A stretch of DNA of 64,000 nucleotides, taken from assembly GCA_963718895.1 (NCBI GenBank), contig CAVRAG010000007.1, positions 96,001-160,000 of the forward strand. The letters are read 5' to 3'. The notes under the pieces were generated by a model. It had not been told where the DNA came from and did no database searches. It saw only the letters and a program-made list of their open reading frames with translations. Within the stretch, counting starts at the first letter, position 1. Each line of letters opens with the position of its first letter. Below, in pieces: positions 48,317 through 59,396 of this stretch. Source of the stretch: an uncultured Nitrososphaerota archaeon. Its GTDB lineage: Archaea > Thermoproteota > Nitrososphaeria > Nitrososphaerales > Gagatemarchaeaceae. The translations under genes and the position numbers were made by a program.

Positions 48317-49339
48317 ATGAGCCGAGACCCGACCCGAGATGGACCTCAGCCTCGTCTGGGCTACTGGTCAGCCCAGGAGCAGTACTCCATGAGCGATTTG
48401 CTAGACTTCGCCGTCGAGGCCGAGAAGGGCGGCTTCGGGACCATGATGGCGAGCGACCACTTCCACCCCTGGTTCCACAGGGGCGCGTTCGGGAACTTCA
48501 CCTGGGTCTGGATGGCCGCCGCTGCCGAGAGGACCAGGAGCATGCAGTTCTTCACCGGGGTGACGTGCCCCATCTATCGGTACACGCCCGGCATCGTCGC
48601 CCAGGCCTTCGCTAGCCTCGACAATCTGTACCCGGGCAGGATAGGGCTGGGCGTGGGGACAGGGGAGGCCATGAACGAGGTCCCGAACGGGTTCGCCTGG
48701 GGGACCCAGAAGGAGAGGCTCGAGAGGACGAGGGAGGCGATCGAGATAATCAGGGCGCTTTGGGAGGGGAGGGGAGACGGGTTCGTGGACTACCGCGGCA
48801 CCTACAACATGACCGACAGGGCCAGGCTCTACACGCCGCCGAAGAGACGAATCCCGCTCTACATGGCGGCCGTGGGGAAGAACTCGACCAGGGTCGCGGC
48901 GAAGTACTGCGACGGGCTGATAACCTTCCTCAAGGGAGAGGAGTTCGCCCAGCAGCTCGCGGCGTTCAGGGCAGCGATGGCGCAGGAGGGGAGGGACCCG
49001 GAATCTGTCGACGTCGTAGCCGAATACAAGGTCTCTTTTGACCCGGACTACGACCGGGCCTTCGAGTCCGTGAAGCGCTGGCGGCCGACGCGCCTGAAGG
49101 GCGTGCTGATGTCCGAGGTCCACGACCCGAGAGAGCTCGAGGCAAAGGCGGAGAGGGAGGTCTCCGACGAGAGTCTGAAAGAGTCATGGGAAGTCATCAC
49201 CTCGATCGAGGAGTCGGCCAGATCGATAGAGCGGCTCTTCAAGGAGGGATTCACGAAGGTCTACGTCCACAGTTCCAGCCCCGAAGAGATAGAGTTCATC
49301 CGGGCGTTCACTGCTAGGGTGCTCCCCCACTTCTCCTGA
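48317..49339 (+). CDS. F420-dependent LLM oxidoreductase (G6PDH-F420-like)
   Basis: QEQY, SDHFHPW, GVTCP..RY.P, GVGTGEAMNE. Confidence 0.88.
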   Translation: MSRDPTRDGPQPRLGYWSAQEQYSMSDLLDFAVEAEKGGFGTMMASDHFHPWFHRGAFGNFTWVWMAAAAERTRSMQFFTGVTCPIYRYTPGIVAQAFASLDNLYPGRIGLGVGTGEAMNEVPNGFAWGTQKERLERTREAIEIIRALWEGRGDGFVDYRGTYNMTDRARLYTPPKRRIPLYMAAVGKNSTRVAAKYCDGLITFLKGEEFAQQLAAFRAAMAQEGRDPESVDVVAEYKVSFDPDYDRAFESVKRWRPTRLKGVLMSEVHDPRELEAKAEREVSDESLKESWEVITSIEESARSIERLFKEGFTKVYVHSSSPEEIEFIRAFTARVLPHFS

Positions 49340-49366
49340 GGAGCGTGAGGAGACTCGTCGACGGGC

Positions 49367-50056
49367 ATGGCACGCGCCGAGGAGGATAGGCCCAAGGAAA
49401 GGGGAGTCTCCGCCATCATTCTAGCGGCTGGGCTCTCCAGCCGCTTCGGGAGAGCGAAGCAGCTAGCGGACCTCGACGGGGTGGCACTGGTCAGGAGGGC
49501 GCAGACCACGCTCGAGCTCTCGCTTGTGGACGAGATAGTCGTGGTCGTGGGCCACAGAGCGGGCCTGGTCGCGGAGGAGCTGAGAGGGACCAGCGCCAGG
49601 GTCGTGGTCAACGAGGACTATAGGTCAGGACTCGGCACCTCCCTGAGGTCAGGCGTCGCGGCCCTGGGCACCGAGAGCCGCGCCGTCGTCGTCTGCCTCG
49701 CCGACCAGCCGTTCGTCACGGCCCAGCTGATCGACCGGATAGTCACGAGGCATCGGCGGACAGGCAGCGATATCGTCGCCTCGGCATCTCGAGGGCTGAT
49801 CAGTCCTCCGGTGTTGTTCAGCAGGCGGCTCTACGGAGAACTGGCGGAGCTTCGCGGGGACAAGGGCGCCAGATCGATCATCGAGAGACACTCGAGCTAC
49901 GAGAAGGTACGGGTTAGACCCGAGATCCTCCTCGACGTCGACACAGAGGAAGACCTCCGGCGAGCCAACGGGCTCCTCGGAGGTGGCGCGGTCAGAGCGA
50001 GGAGAGCCCGGGGAGCAGATGGACGCGGACGGACTCGCCCTTCTTCAGGGTCATGA
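49367..50056 (+). CDS. mocA: Molybdenum cofactor cytidylyltransferase-like
   Basis: ILAAGLSSRFG..KQL, LADQP, PPVLF, GDKGAR, DVDT. Confidence 0.8.
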   Translation: MARAEEDRPKERGVSAIILAAGLSSRFGRAKQLADLDGVALVRRAQTTLELSLVDEIVVVVGHRAGLVAEELRGTSARVVVNEDYRSGLGTSLRSGVAALGTESRAVVVCLADQPFVTAQLIDRIVTRHRRTGSDIVASASRGLISPPVLFSRRLYGELAELRGDKGARSIIERHSSYEKVRVRPEILLDVDTEEDLRRANGLLGGGAVRARRARGADGRGRTRPSSGS

Positions 50057-51250
50057 CACTCTCTCCGAGAAGCAGGTATCCATCGTTCCTGGTCAGGAAC
50101 ATTACGTTCTCAGTCTCGCCCATCGAGGCCTCGACGGCTAGCGGGTCGCAGTCGGTCTGCGTCTTGACGAAGACGACCTTGGTGAAGTGGGAGAACCTCC
50201 TCGGAGCCTCCCAGTCGTTCGAGATCCTCGCCGCGATCGACGGAGGGGACTCGAACCCTCTACCGAGCAAGGCACGAATGAGCGGATAGCCCAGCAGCGC
50301 GAACGCGTTCACAGCGCCCTGTATGGGTCCTGGCAGGATGACGATCGCCTTTCCCCCCGCAACGCCGAACCCCATGACTCGACCACGGGTCACCTTCATC
50401 CCGTGCACTAGCACGCCGGGTTTGCCCGAGCTGTTTATCGCCTCCTCGGTGAGATCGGATTCGCTGACCGATGTGCCGGCCAGGGTCAGGACGACTTCCG
50501 CCACCCTTAACCCGACCCTGATCGACTCCCTTATCTCATCGGCGTCGTCGCGGACGATCGGCATGTGCACTGGTGTGCCACCGGCGCCCTCGACGAGGCG
50601 CGACAGAAGGAGGGTGTGGGTCTCTGCCACCCTCCCGGGCTCGGTGGCTCCGATCTTCTCGCTCAGCTCGCTCCCGGTCGGGATGATGGCGACCCTGGGC
50701 TTGGCGTAGACCGGCACCCGTTCAAGGTGGAGAGAGCCCAGCAGGACCAGGTCTGTCCCCCTGATGGTCCGGCCCGCTTCGAGGACCTTCTCCCCCTTCT
50801 TCACGTCCCGCCCCCTTGGGTAGACGAACTCACTGGGTTCAACGGGGCCGAAGAAGGAGACGACGCCGTCACTGACCTTGACCCTCTCCGCTTGCACGAC
50901 CGAGTCGGCCCCTGCCGGGACGAACCCCCCCGTAAGGATGGAGTGTGCTTCCCCCTCCTTCAGGGCCCTCCTAGGGCGTTCGCCGAGCGCACTCCCTTCG
51001 ATCCGCCTCAGTTCAACCGGGTTCCCGGGCGTCGCCTGGGCGAGGTCTGACGAACGGACCGCGAAGCCGTCCATGTGCGAACTGTCCCTCGGCGGGATGT
51101 CGTACCTTGAGAGGACGTCCCCGGAGAGGACCCGTCCATATGAGACCCCGAGCGGGACGGACTCGCGCCTGGGCGAGACCCTAACGTTCGCCCGCAGTAT
51201 CTCGGTCGCATCGGCGAGCGAGATATAATCAGTGAACTCTCGGACCGTGC
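49992..51250 (-). CDS. moeA: Molybdopterin molybdotransferase (start approximate)
   Basis: SHMDGFAVR, TGG.VP.GADSVV..E, TGSEL, LPG. Confidence 0.88.
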
Positions 51251-51262
51251 CAGGGGCCCCCG

Positions 51263-51781
51263 CTATCGCGACTTGGGCCGCGCGCCCTTCTTCCTGCTCT
51301 TGGTAGCGCCGGCGTTCGGAGCTCCGCCCGGCGCGCTGGCCGTGCTCTGCAGCGCCGCCTTCCCCTTTACCCAGTGCTCCTTCCCGTCAGCAAGCCGTTC
51401 CTTCTTCCAGATCGGAACGACCCGCTTGATCTCTTCGATGCCGTATCTGCAGAGCTCGAAGGCGAGGGCTCGGTGCGGCGCAGAGACGGCGATGACCACG
51501 CTCACCTCTCCCACGCCCAGCTCCCCGACCCTGTGCTGCATGGCCACCTTCCCGACCGGAAGTCGGCGCCTGATCTCCGCCTCTATCTCGACCATCTTCC
51601 TTTCGGCCATGGGCACGTAGGCGTCATAGTCGATCCTGTCTACATCGCCTGCCTCGCTGTGGTTCCTTATGGTGCCGATGAACAGGACGGTCCCGCCGGA
51701 CATCGGGTCTTCGGTCGCGGCCATCATGGCCGGGATGTCTATCTTGGTCCGGGTGACTCTATCATAGCTCTTCATGGTCAA
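51263..51781 (-). CDS. moaE: Molybdopterin synthase large subunit
   Basis: FIGTIR, HRVGEL..GE.SV, HR..AF, PIWKKE. Confidence 0.92.
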   Translation of the reverse strand: MTMKSYDRVTRTKIDIPAMMAATEDPMSGGTVLFIGTIRNHSEAGDVDRIDYDAYVPMAERKMVEIEAEIRRRLPVGKVAMQHRVGELGVGEVSVVIAVSAPHRALAFELCRYGIEEIKRVVPIWKKERLADGKEHWVKGKAALQSTASAPGGAPNAGATKSRKKGARPKSR

Positions 51782-52029
51782 CCACCTGCGACCGGCGGAA
51801 GGAGGGCGACGACGTCCCCGTCCCGGAGCAACTGACCTGGCTTCGCCAGCTCCTCGTTCACGGCCACCTGCATTATCTCCCTCATCTTCTCGATCTTCGG
51901 GTGGGCGCTGGAGGACCGCTGGACGAGAACGTCGACGGAGGAGCGATCCGGAAGCGAGTACTCTTCCTCGCCCTTTCCCGCGGCGTCGCGGGCCTGCCCG
52001 AAGTATAGCACCCTGATGTGTATCGACAA
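51778..52029 (-). CDS. moaD: MoaD/ThiS/SAMP ubiquitin-like sulfur carrier
   Basis: VLYFG..RD, AVNEE, DGDVVALLPPVAGG. Confidence 0.92.
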   Translation of the reverse strand: MSIHIRVLYFGQARDAAGKGEEEYSLPDRSSVDVLVQRSSSAHPKIEKMREIMQVAVNEELAKPGQLLRDGDVVALLPPVAGG

Positions 52030-52033
52030 TTCT

Positions 52034-53056
52034 CTAACCGCCGATCGTGTACATCGGCCGAACGTGCTTGAGCTCAACGTTGTTCTTCAGCATGCTCTCG
52101 ACCCCCTCTGACTTTAGCATGAACGAGCGGCGCAGGAAGCGGGAGATATCCTCATCGCTCGCGCCCCCTCTCAGCAGCGGTTTCAGAGCGAACTCGGCCT
52201 TACTGAAGAGGCACGGGACCATTCTCCCGTCCGCCATCAGCCGAATCCTGTCGCAGTCGGAGCAGAAGGGCTTGGTCATGGACGCTATGATCCCAATCTC
52301 GCCCGTCGAACCGTCGACGAACCTGTGATGGACGGCCGTGGCGCCCGGGTCGCGCTCGAGCGGCACCAGCTCGTACCTCTCCTGGACCTTCCGGATGATC
52401 TCCTCGCCGCTCACGACCCGCTCGGCGTCCCAGACCTTCGTCCCGTCGAACGGCATGTACTCTATGAAACGCACGGAGACGCCCGCGTCATGGGCCATCC
52501 TCGCAAAATCGGGAATCTCATCCTCGTTGCACCCCCTCGTCACCACGCAATTCACCTTGACCCGCTCGAACCCTACGGCGCGAGCCTCCTCGAGGCCCTC
52601 CATCACGCGGCCGAACATGTCCTTCGTCCCGGTTATCGCATGGTACCGGTCAGCCTTGAGGCTGTGGAGGCTGACCGTCACGCAGTGCAGCCCGCTCTCC
52701 TTCAGCAACCGAGCCTTCTGCTTCAGCAGCGCACCGTTCGTGGTGAGCGCCACGCGCTCGATCCCGGGCACCGCGACGAGCATCTTCACCAGCGTCTCGA
52801 GTTCCTTCCGGACCAGGGGCTCTCCGCCGCTGACCCTGATCGACCTCACGCCCATCCTGGCGGTGATCGCTGCGACCCTCGTGATCTCCTCAAAGCTGAG
52901 TACCTCCTTCTGGTCCAGCCAGACGGGGTTGGTCGGCATGCAGAAGTCGCACCTGAAGTTGCAGCGGTCGGTTACCGAGAGCCTGAGCTTCCTCGCTTGC
53001 CGGCCGAACGAGTCGACCAGCGTGTCGTTGTCGTAGGCCGGGGAAGCAGGGACCAA
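52034..53056 (-). CDS. moaA: GTP 3',8-cyclase
   Basis: LRLSVTDRCNFRCDFCMP, GGEPL, FCSDCDRIR...CLF, MYTIGG. Confidence 0.95.
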   Translation of the reverse strand: MVPASPAYDNDTLVDSFGRQARKLRLSVTDRCNFRCDFCMPTNPVWLDQKEVLSFEEITRVAAITARMGVRSIRVSGGEPLVRKELETLVKMLVAVPGIERVALTTNGALLKQKARLLKESGLHCVTVSLHSLKADRYHAITGTKDMFGRVMEGLEEARAVGFERVKVNCVVTRGCNEDEIPDFARMAHDAGVSVRFIEYMPFDGTKVWDAERVVSGEEIIRKVQERYELVPLERDPGATAVHHRFVDGSTGEIGIIASMTKPFCSDCDRIRLMADGRMVPCLFSKAEFALKPLLRGGASDEDISRFLRRSFMLKSEGVESMLKNNVELKHVRPMYTIGG

Positions 53057-53279
53057 ATACGATGCCTCGCACGAAAATCTTCCGAGTGGCCACTTAAACC
53101 TATCCACCGGGCCGGACGCGGCACCAGCACCTGGGTCAGAGAGCCCTCCCCCTTCTGGGCGATCGCCAGGCCCGCCCCGAGCCCGAAGAGCGCTCGAAGG
53201 CCCGCGTCACTCCGGGGGACCGAGGCGCCCCAGAAAGCGTGCACGCCTGAGGATTGGACTTCGGGCGGACATCTCAAAG

Positions 53280-53297
53280 TATATCAAACACGATATA
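53280..53297 (+). promoter_or_regulatory. Probable PadR operator
   Basis: TATATC-N6-GATATA inverted repeat adjacent to TATA-like TATATAAT upstream of padR. Confidence 0.6.
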
Positions 53298-53334
53298 TGT
53301 ATATAATAGTGGAGGGAGACCTTCCTCGATAGTA

Positions 53335-53913
53335 TTGTCCTCCAAGGAAGAAGGTGAGCGTGGGCTCGCCCATCCTCAGGGAGCCCCGAGAGGGCTGCTC
53401 CTGCACTACATGCTTCGCAAGATCTCCCAGAAGCCCTGCCACGGGTACGAGATACTTCAGGAGATCGACAGCAAGACCGAGGGGGCGTGGAGGCCCGGCG
53501 CCGGCTCGATCTACCCCATACTGAAGAAGCTCCTCGAGAGCGGCTACATACAGTCGGACCAGAAGACGGGCGCCGACCGGCGGATCTACTCGGTCACCGC
53601 CAAGGGGCTGGAGACGCTCAAGGAGGACGAGAAGACGTTTCTAAACTCGGGACAGAAGTGGATGGCCATGAGGAGACTGTTCATCGAGCTGATAGAGCCC
53701 GACCAGCTTGCGCGCTTCCTGAGCGACGGCACGAGGGGGCAGTTCGAGATTGCGCAGGAGATAATCAAGACCAAGACGAAGGAGATACCCCAGAAGGAGC
53801 TCGAGTACCTCCTCAAGGAGTACATACTAACCCTCGAGCGGCAGCTCGATTGGGCGAATGAGACTCTCACCCAGCTAAAGCCGGTCGTCAGCGCCAAGTC
53901 CAGACACAGGTGA
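53335..53913 (+). CDS. PadR family regulator
   Basis: HGYEI...W.PGAGSIYP.L..L...G, RRIYSVT.KG. Confidence 0.9.
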   Translation: MSSKEEGERGLAHPQGAPRGLLLHYMLRKISQKPCHGYEILQEIDSKTEGAWRPGAGSIYPILKKLLESGYIQSDQKTGADRRIYSVTAKGLETLKEDEKTFLNSGQKWMAMRRLFIELIEPDQLARFLSDGTRGQFEIAQEIIKTKTKEIPQKELEYLLKEYILTLERQLDWANETLTQLKPVVSAKSRHR

Positions 53914-54963
53914 ATGAACAGGTGACAACGGAACAGCAGGGGCCCTACAACGATTCCACCGCGATCGTGAAGGTCGAGGGCCTCGTCGAAGAGCTACGAT
54001 GGCGGGAAGACCAAGGCCGTCGACGGCGTCAGCTTCGAGGTGAAGCAGGGCGAGATCTTCGGGTTCCTGGGGCCGAACGGCGCAGGGAAGAGCACCACCA
54101 TCAACATGCTCACGACGCTGCTCCCCCCGACCTCGGGCACGGCTCGAGGTCTGCGGATTCGACGTCCACAAGCAGGCGAACGAGGTGCGAAGGAGCGTCG
54201 GGGTGGTCCCGCAGGACTACACCGCTGACGAGGACATGACGGGCTACGAGAACATACTTCTCTGCGCGGACCTCTACGGCATCCCCCGGAGCGACTCGAA
54301 GCGTCCACGCCGAGGAGCTCCTCCAGCTGGTCGAGCTGCAGGACGCGGCGAAGAGGAAGGTGAGCACCTACTCGGGAGGGATGCGGAGGAGGCTGGAGCT
54401 CGCCTGCGGGCTGATCAACTACCCGAAGCTCCTCTTCCTCGACGAGCCGACGCTCGGGCTCGACGTCCAGACGCGCGCGGCCGTCTGGAAGTACATCCGC
54501 CAGCTCAAGCAGGACTACAACATGACGCTCTTCCTGACGACCCACTACCTCGAGGAGGCAGACTCTCTCTGCGACAGGATTGCGATCATCGACCACGGCC
54601 ACATCATCAAGATCGGGACGCCTGACGAGCTGAAGGCGAGCGTAGGAGGGGACGTGATAATCGTCGGTGTCAAGGAAGCCGGAACCTGACATATCCTCGG
54701 ACATCGCCAAGGTCGACCTGGTGAAGGCGGTTACCAAGACGGGGAACGACTACCGCATAAAGGCGGACGACGGCGAGGAGGCTCTCACCGCAGATCATAG
54801 ACCTGATCAGGTCGAAGGGGCTGCACGTCTCGAAGATTTCGCTGACCAGACCGACCCTCGACGAGGCCTACCTCGAGCTCACTGGGCGGACCCTGAGGGA
54901 GGAGGAGACCAACAGGTGGGCGATGATGAGCCAGAGGGCACCATGCGCAGAGCGAGGTCGTAG
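53910..54963 (+). CDS. DrrA-like ABC exporter ATPase (several frameshifts)
   Basis: [28 protein letters not shown] in successive frames. Confidence 0.88.
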
Positions 54964-54979
54964 GCGGAGGGGATCGATT

Positions 54980-55966
54980 ATGGTGGAGAGCGAACACGTC
55001 GCGAACGAGGGACGGTGCAACCCGGAGCGCCACCCTTCAGCAGCCGACGGCGGTGCCTGGTGCGAAGGCCGCCTCCCGGCCCAACCCGAAACTGAACGAG
55101 AGTCCGACCCACGGGCTCTGGGCGCTGACCAAGAGGGACCTGCGGAAGTGGTACACCAACCCGTACCAGCTGATAATCTCGCTGATCCAGCCGGTCATCT
55201 GGATGGGGCTCTTCGGCAAGGCTCTGAACTTCAGCTCGTTCATCACGGCGGGGGCGGCGACCAGTGGCGTCAGCGTGGGCGGCGGGTCATCGTCGACGAG
55301 CTGCGTCGGGGCGACCGGGGTCAACGCGACCTTGCTGAGCTTCTTCGGGACGACCAGCTACTTCTCGTACCTGGTGTGCGGGATGCTGGTCTTCATCGTG
55401 CTCTTCAGCTCCGCGTTCAGCGGGATGTCGGTGGTCTGGGACCGGAGGTTCGGCTTCATGAACAAGGCGCTGAGCACGCCGGTGAGCCGCGGGGCGATAG
55501 TGATGGGCAAGATACTCCAGAGCGTCATAAGGTCGCTCATCCAGGCGGTCGGTCGTCCTCCTGATCGGCATCGCCCTGGGGATGGAGACGGGAAGCTTCT
55601 CGGTCCTGGGCATCGCTGGGACGTTCGTCGTCATCTTCCTGGTCGCGATGGGCCTCTCCGGGCTCTTCGTCATGCTCTCGCTCAGGTCGAGCAACTGGCA
55701 GACCCAGATGGCGATAATCAACCTGCTCAACCTTCCGCTCCTCTTCGCGAGCAACGCCCTCTTCCCGGTGAAGATAATGCCGGATTGGCTCAGGACGTCG
55801 TGAAGGTCAACCCGTCAGCTACTGCGATCGACGCGAATACGCCAGCTCCTGATAGGAGCGCACGGGATCATACGCGCTCTGGGTGGACTTCACCGTCGTC
55901 ATCGGGTTCGCGGCCTTCTTCTCCATCGTGGGGATAGTGATGTCGTGGAGACTCCTCAGCAAGTAG
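54980..55966 (+). CDS. ABC-2 permease (frameshifted)
   Basis: WDRRFGFM...TP.SR, LFASNALFP...P.W. Confidence 0.85.
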
Positions 55967-56020
55967 CGCCGGGCAACTTTTTTATCGCAGCCGCCGCCTC
56001 TGGGGATTAGGTGCGCGAGG

Positions 56021-56291
56021 TTGAGACCAGAAGAAGAAAGCGTCGGGAGGGCAGAGCCGAGCTCTACCCTTGCGCTGATAGGCAAGGCGTGTCCGAACTG
56101 CGGCCTTGGGCTCGAGCTTTCTGGAAAACCCTCCGGTGATAGTCCCGGACGACCTGGGCAAGCTCGAATGGGACTATGTCAAGAACCTGTCCCTGGTCCC
56201 GAAGGTCCTGGCAATCTGCCTGAAGTGCGGCTTCGTGGCAGTCGAATGCATGACCCCGGTTGAGGCGCGTGGGACCTACGTGGGGACCTAG
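56021..56291 (+). CDS. Small Zn-ribbon protein (frameshifted)
   Basis: CPNCG and CLKCG knuckles in adjacent frames. Confidence 0.5.
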
Positions 56292-56394
56292 AAGAGGAGC
56301 TTTCGTCGAAAGGGCATCCAAGAATCACTAGTGATTATGGAACGATTTTGGAGATTTCCTAAATACCGAGGCGGGGGACTCGAGTGCGTGAGAT

Positions 56395-57815
56395 GTGAAG
56401 GACACGAAGAGGAATGAAATGGGACATCGGACAAGGCGTGTCAACGGCTCTCAACGGGGGCGCCCGTTCTCTCAGCACGGGAGGACGGCGATTGGTGTGG
56501 GGGCGCGTCCGGGGAGCCCGCTCCTCCCTGCGTTGCTCGCCCTCACGACAATGACGCTCATTGTTCTGGGTACGCTCTCTGCAGCAGCGCCCCAAACGGC
56601 AATGGCTCAGACCCACGTCGAGACAACCCCGCAGTCAGATGCTCAGGCCAGCTCACCGACGACCATCCCCGGGTCCCCGCTGTTGAGGGTGCATCCGCCG
56701 CCCTCGGGCGCGGCCTACGACGAGCAGCTCGGGATGACTTTTACCCAGGATTTCACAAATATGGAGTACAACGTCACGGCGGTGGAGCAGGTAGATCCGA
56801 CTCTCGCGACAGGTCCCGGCTACCTTCTTAGCGGCCTCTCGACCGTCGGCTATTGGTTCCAGGTGGGGCTCTCGTGGGACTGGAGTCCAGGGAGCGGGTT
56901 CCAGATGAGCTATGAAGTCTTCAACTCCTTGGGCAACTCAATCTTCCCGGCGGGTGGAGGCGGCGGTCTGGCGCCCATCTCCGGGACCGTCAATGCTGGC
57001 GACGTGGTTACGCTCAGCCTCTACTTCAACGCCGTTGGCCAGGTCGTGATGCGGGTGCACGATACACGGACGGGCGCGTCGGCCCAGCTGGAGTACTCCG
57101 CAGGGGGAAGCACCACATTCGTCGGAGAACCGAACGCTGACGCAAATTCAAACGGCTTCTTCACAGGTCTGATGACAGAGTGGTATCATGGAGCGCCGTA
57201 CTACGCCAATCCACAGGAGGTGGTCTATTCATCGAACGTCTCCCTCTCGTCGGCCTGGTTGTGGATGGGCGAGTTCAACGCGAACAACTTCCAGACTGTC
57301 TTCGCCAACAACTCGACCGCGCTGAGCAACTTCACCGCCAACCCCGCACAACTTCAGGAACTCTCGGACGGCAGTGTGACCGAGTACTGCGACGCCCAGG
57401 AGTTCATTACTGGTCCCTCAACAACCACCACGAGCACGTCCAGCTCGACATCTATTCCACAACGAACATGGTCGTCACCTCCACGGAGGTCGTAACCACC
57501 ACCGTTCCCGTCACCGTTACGCAGACGTCCACCGCGACTTCGACGGCCACCGCTACCACCACTTCCACCGCGACCGTGACTCGGCCCGTCACGACCACCG
57601 TGACCTCGACCCAACCCATCACTGTCACCGATACTACGACTTCGACCGCACCCGCGTCAACCGTCACGAACACGACTACCCAGACGATGACGCAGACAGT
57701 GGTCGCGACAGGTGCGCTCCCCGCTTGGATCTACGGGCTGATGGCCGCACTCATGCTAGGCGGGCTCGGGCTAGGCTACGCGCTGAAGAGGCCTGGAGTC
57801 AAGCCTTCTCTCTAA
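56395..57815 (+). CDS. Secreted beta-sandwich protein with Thr-rich stalk and C-terminal TM anchor (frameshift near 57450)
   Basis: Signal-like segment, YWFQVGLSW...GLMTEWY domain, Thr-rich linker, TM plus basic tail. Confidence 0.65.
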
Positions 57816-57955
57816 TTCCCGGGCCCACCGACGGCCGTGGGGCATTAGCCGAGGGCCGCATCCTCCATTCGATGTTTCTGCGGGGAGAGCAGAGTATTGG
57901 GGTCGTTCCCTCCGCCAAGGCATAAATAGAATATGAAGGCCCGACTGCCGCGTTC

Positions 57956-59281
57956 ATGAAGAGTGAAGAAGAGCTCGGAAGCTGGCGGAGGACCCACTAC
58001 TCCGTCCAGATCACCCCTGAGCTCGACGGGAAGGAGGTCACCGTCTTCGGCTGGGTCAGCAGCGTCAGGACCCACGGCGGAATCACCTTCCTCTTCGTTA
58101 ACGACAAGGAGGGGATCTTCCAGGTCACGACCATCAAGGGCAAGGCCAGCGACGAGATGCTGGAGAAGATACGCTCGATAGGCGAGCAGACGAGCATCGG
58201 CGTCAGAGGGACCGTCAAGAAGATTGCCAAGGCTCCGAACGGCGCCGAGGTCATCCCCAGCGAGATCAAGATCCTCAACGCGGCCAAGAAGAAGCCGCCC
58301 TTCAGCATCTTCGGGGGTGCGCTCCCCTCGATAGACAAGCGCCTCGACATCAGGGCCGTCGACCTCAGGAGGGAGAAGGCCCAGGCGATCTTCAAGATCC
58401 AGAGGGCTCTGCTGCGGAGCCTGAGGGAGTTCTTCGTGGAGAAGGGGTACCTCGAGGTCAGGACGCCGAAGCTCATCTCGACGGCGACTGAGGGAGGGGC
58501 CTCGCTCTTCTCGGTCCTGTACTACAACAGGCCCTCCTTCCTGACCCAGAGCCCCCAGCTCTACAAGGAGGAGCTGGTGCATGCCGTTCGAGAAGGTCTA
58601 CGAGATCGGCCCCGCCTTCCGCGCCGAGGAGTCGAGGACCCAGAAGCACCTGAGCGAGATCACCTCAATCGACATCGAGGAGGCCTACGTTGACTATCGG
58701 GACGTCATGGACACGCTCGAGGCGCTGATCACGACGGGCCTCGAGGGACGTTGCGGAGTCCTGCCCGAAGGAGTTCGAGAAGCTCAAGAGGAGGCCGGTC
58801 GAGGTCCCGGACCGCTTCGAGAGACTGACTTACGGCGACGTGATAAAGGAGATCGCGAAGAGCAGAGACGGCATCTCCTGGGGCGACGACGTCACCGGAC
58901 CCGACGGCGAGGAGCTGGCGAAGTCCCACCCCGGCTTCTACTTCATAACCGACTGGCCGACCTCTTCGAAGCCCTTCTACATCAAGCCCAAGACCGCCGA
59001 GCCCAAGGTCAGCGAGTCCTTCGACCTGATGTACGGCTCCCTCGAGCTCGCCTCGGGGGGGACCAGGGTCACCTCCAGGGCCTCTCTCGTAAAGAGGCTG
59101 AAGGACCAGAAGCTGAAGACCGCAGGCCTTCGAGTACCACCTCGATGCCTTCGACTACGGCATGCCACCCCACGCCGGGTTCGGCCTCGGGCTGGAGAGG
59201 CTGATGATGGCGCTCACGGGGGAGGAGAACATAAGGGAGGTCACGCTCTTCCCCAGGGACAAGTTGAGGCTCACGCCCTGA
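57956..59281 (+). CDS. aspS: Archaeal aspartyl-tRNA synthetase, likely non-discriminating (frameshifted)
   Basis: [39 protein letters not shown]; gatCAB nearby. Confidence 0.92.
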
Positions 59282-59396
59282 GGACGGCCACATCGCCCCT
59301 GTCGGCTCCCGGAGCAAGCTCCACGATGAGGAGAGGTCGGGGTTTAAGAGCGAGCACGGCAGTCCTCTCAGAGAGAGAGTCTGCTTTCAGGTCAAC

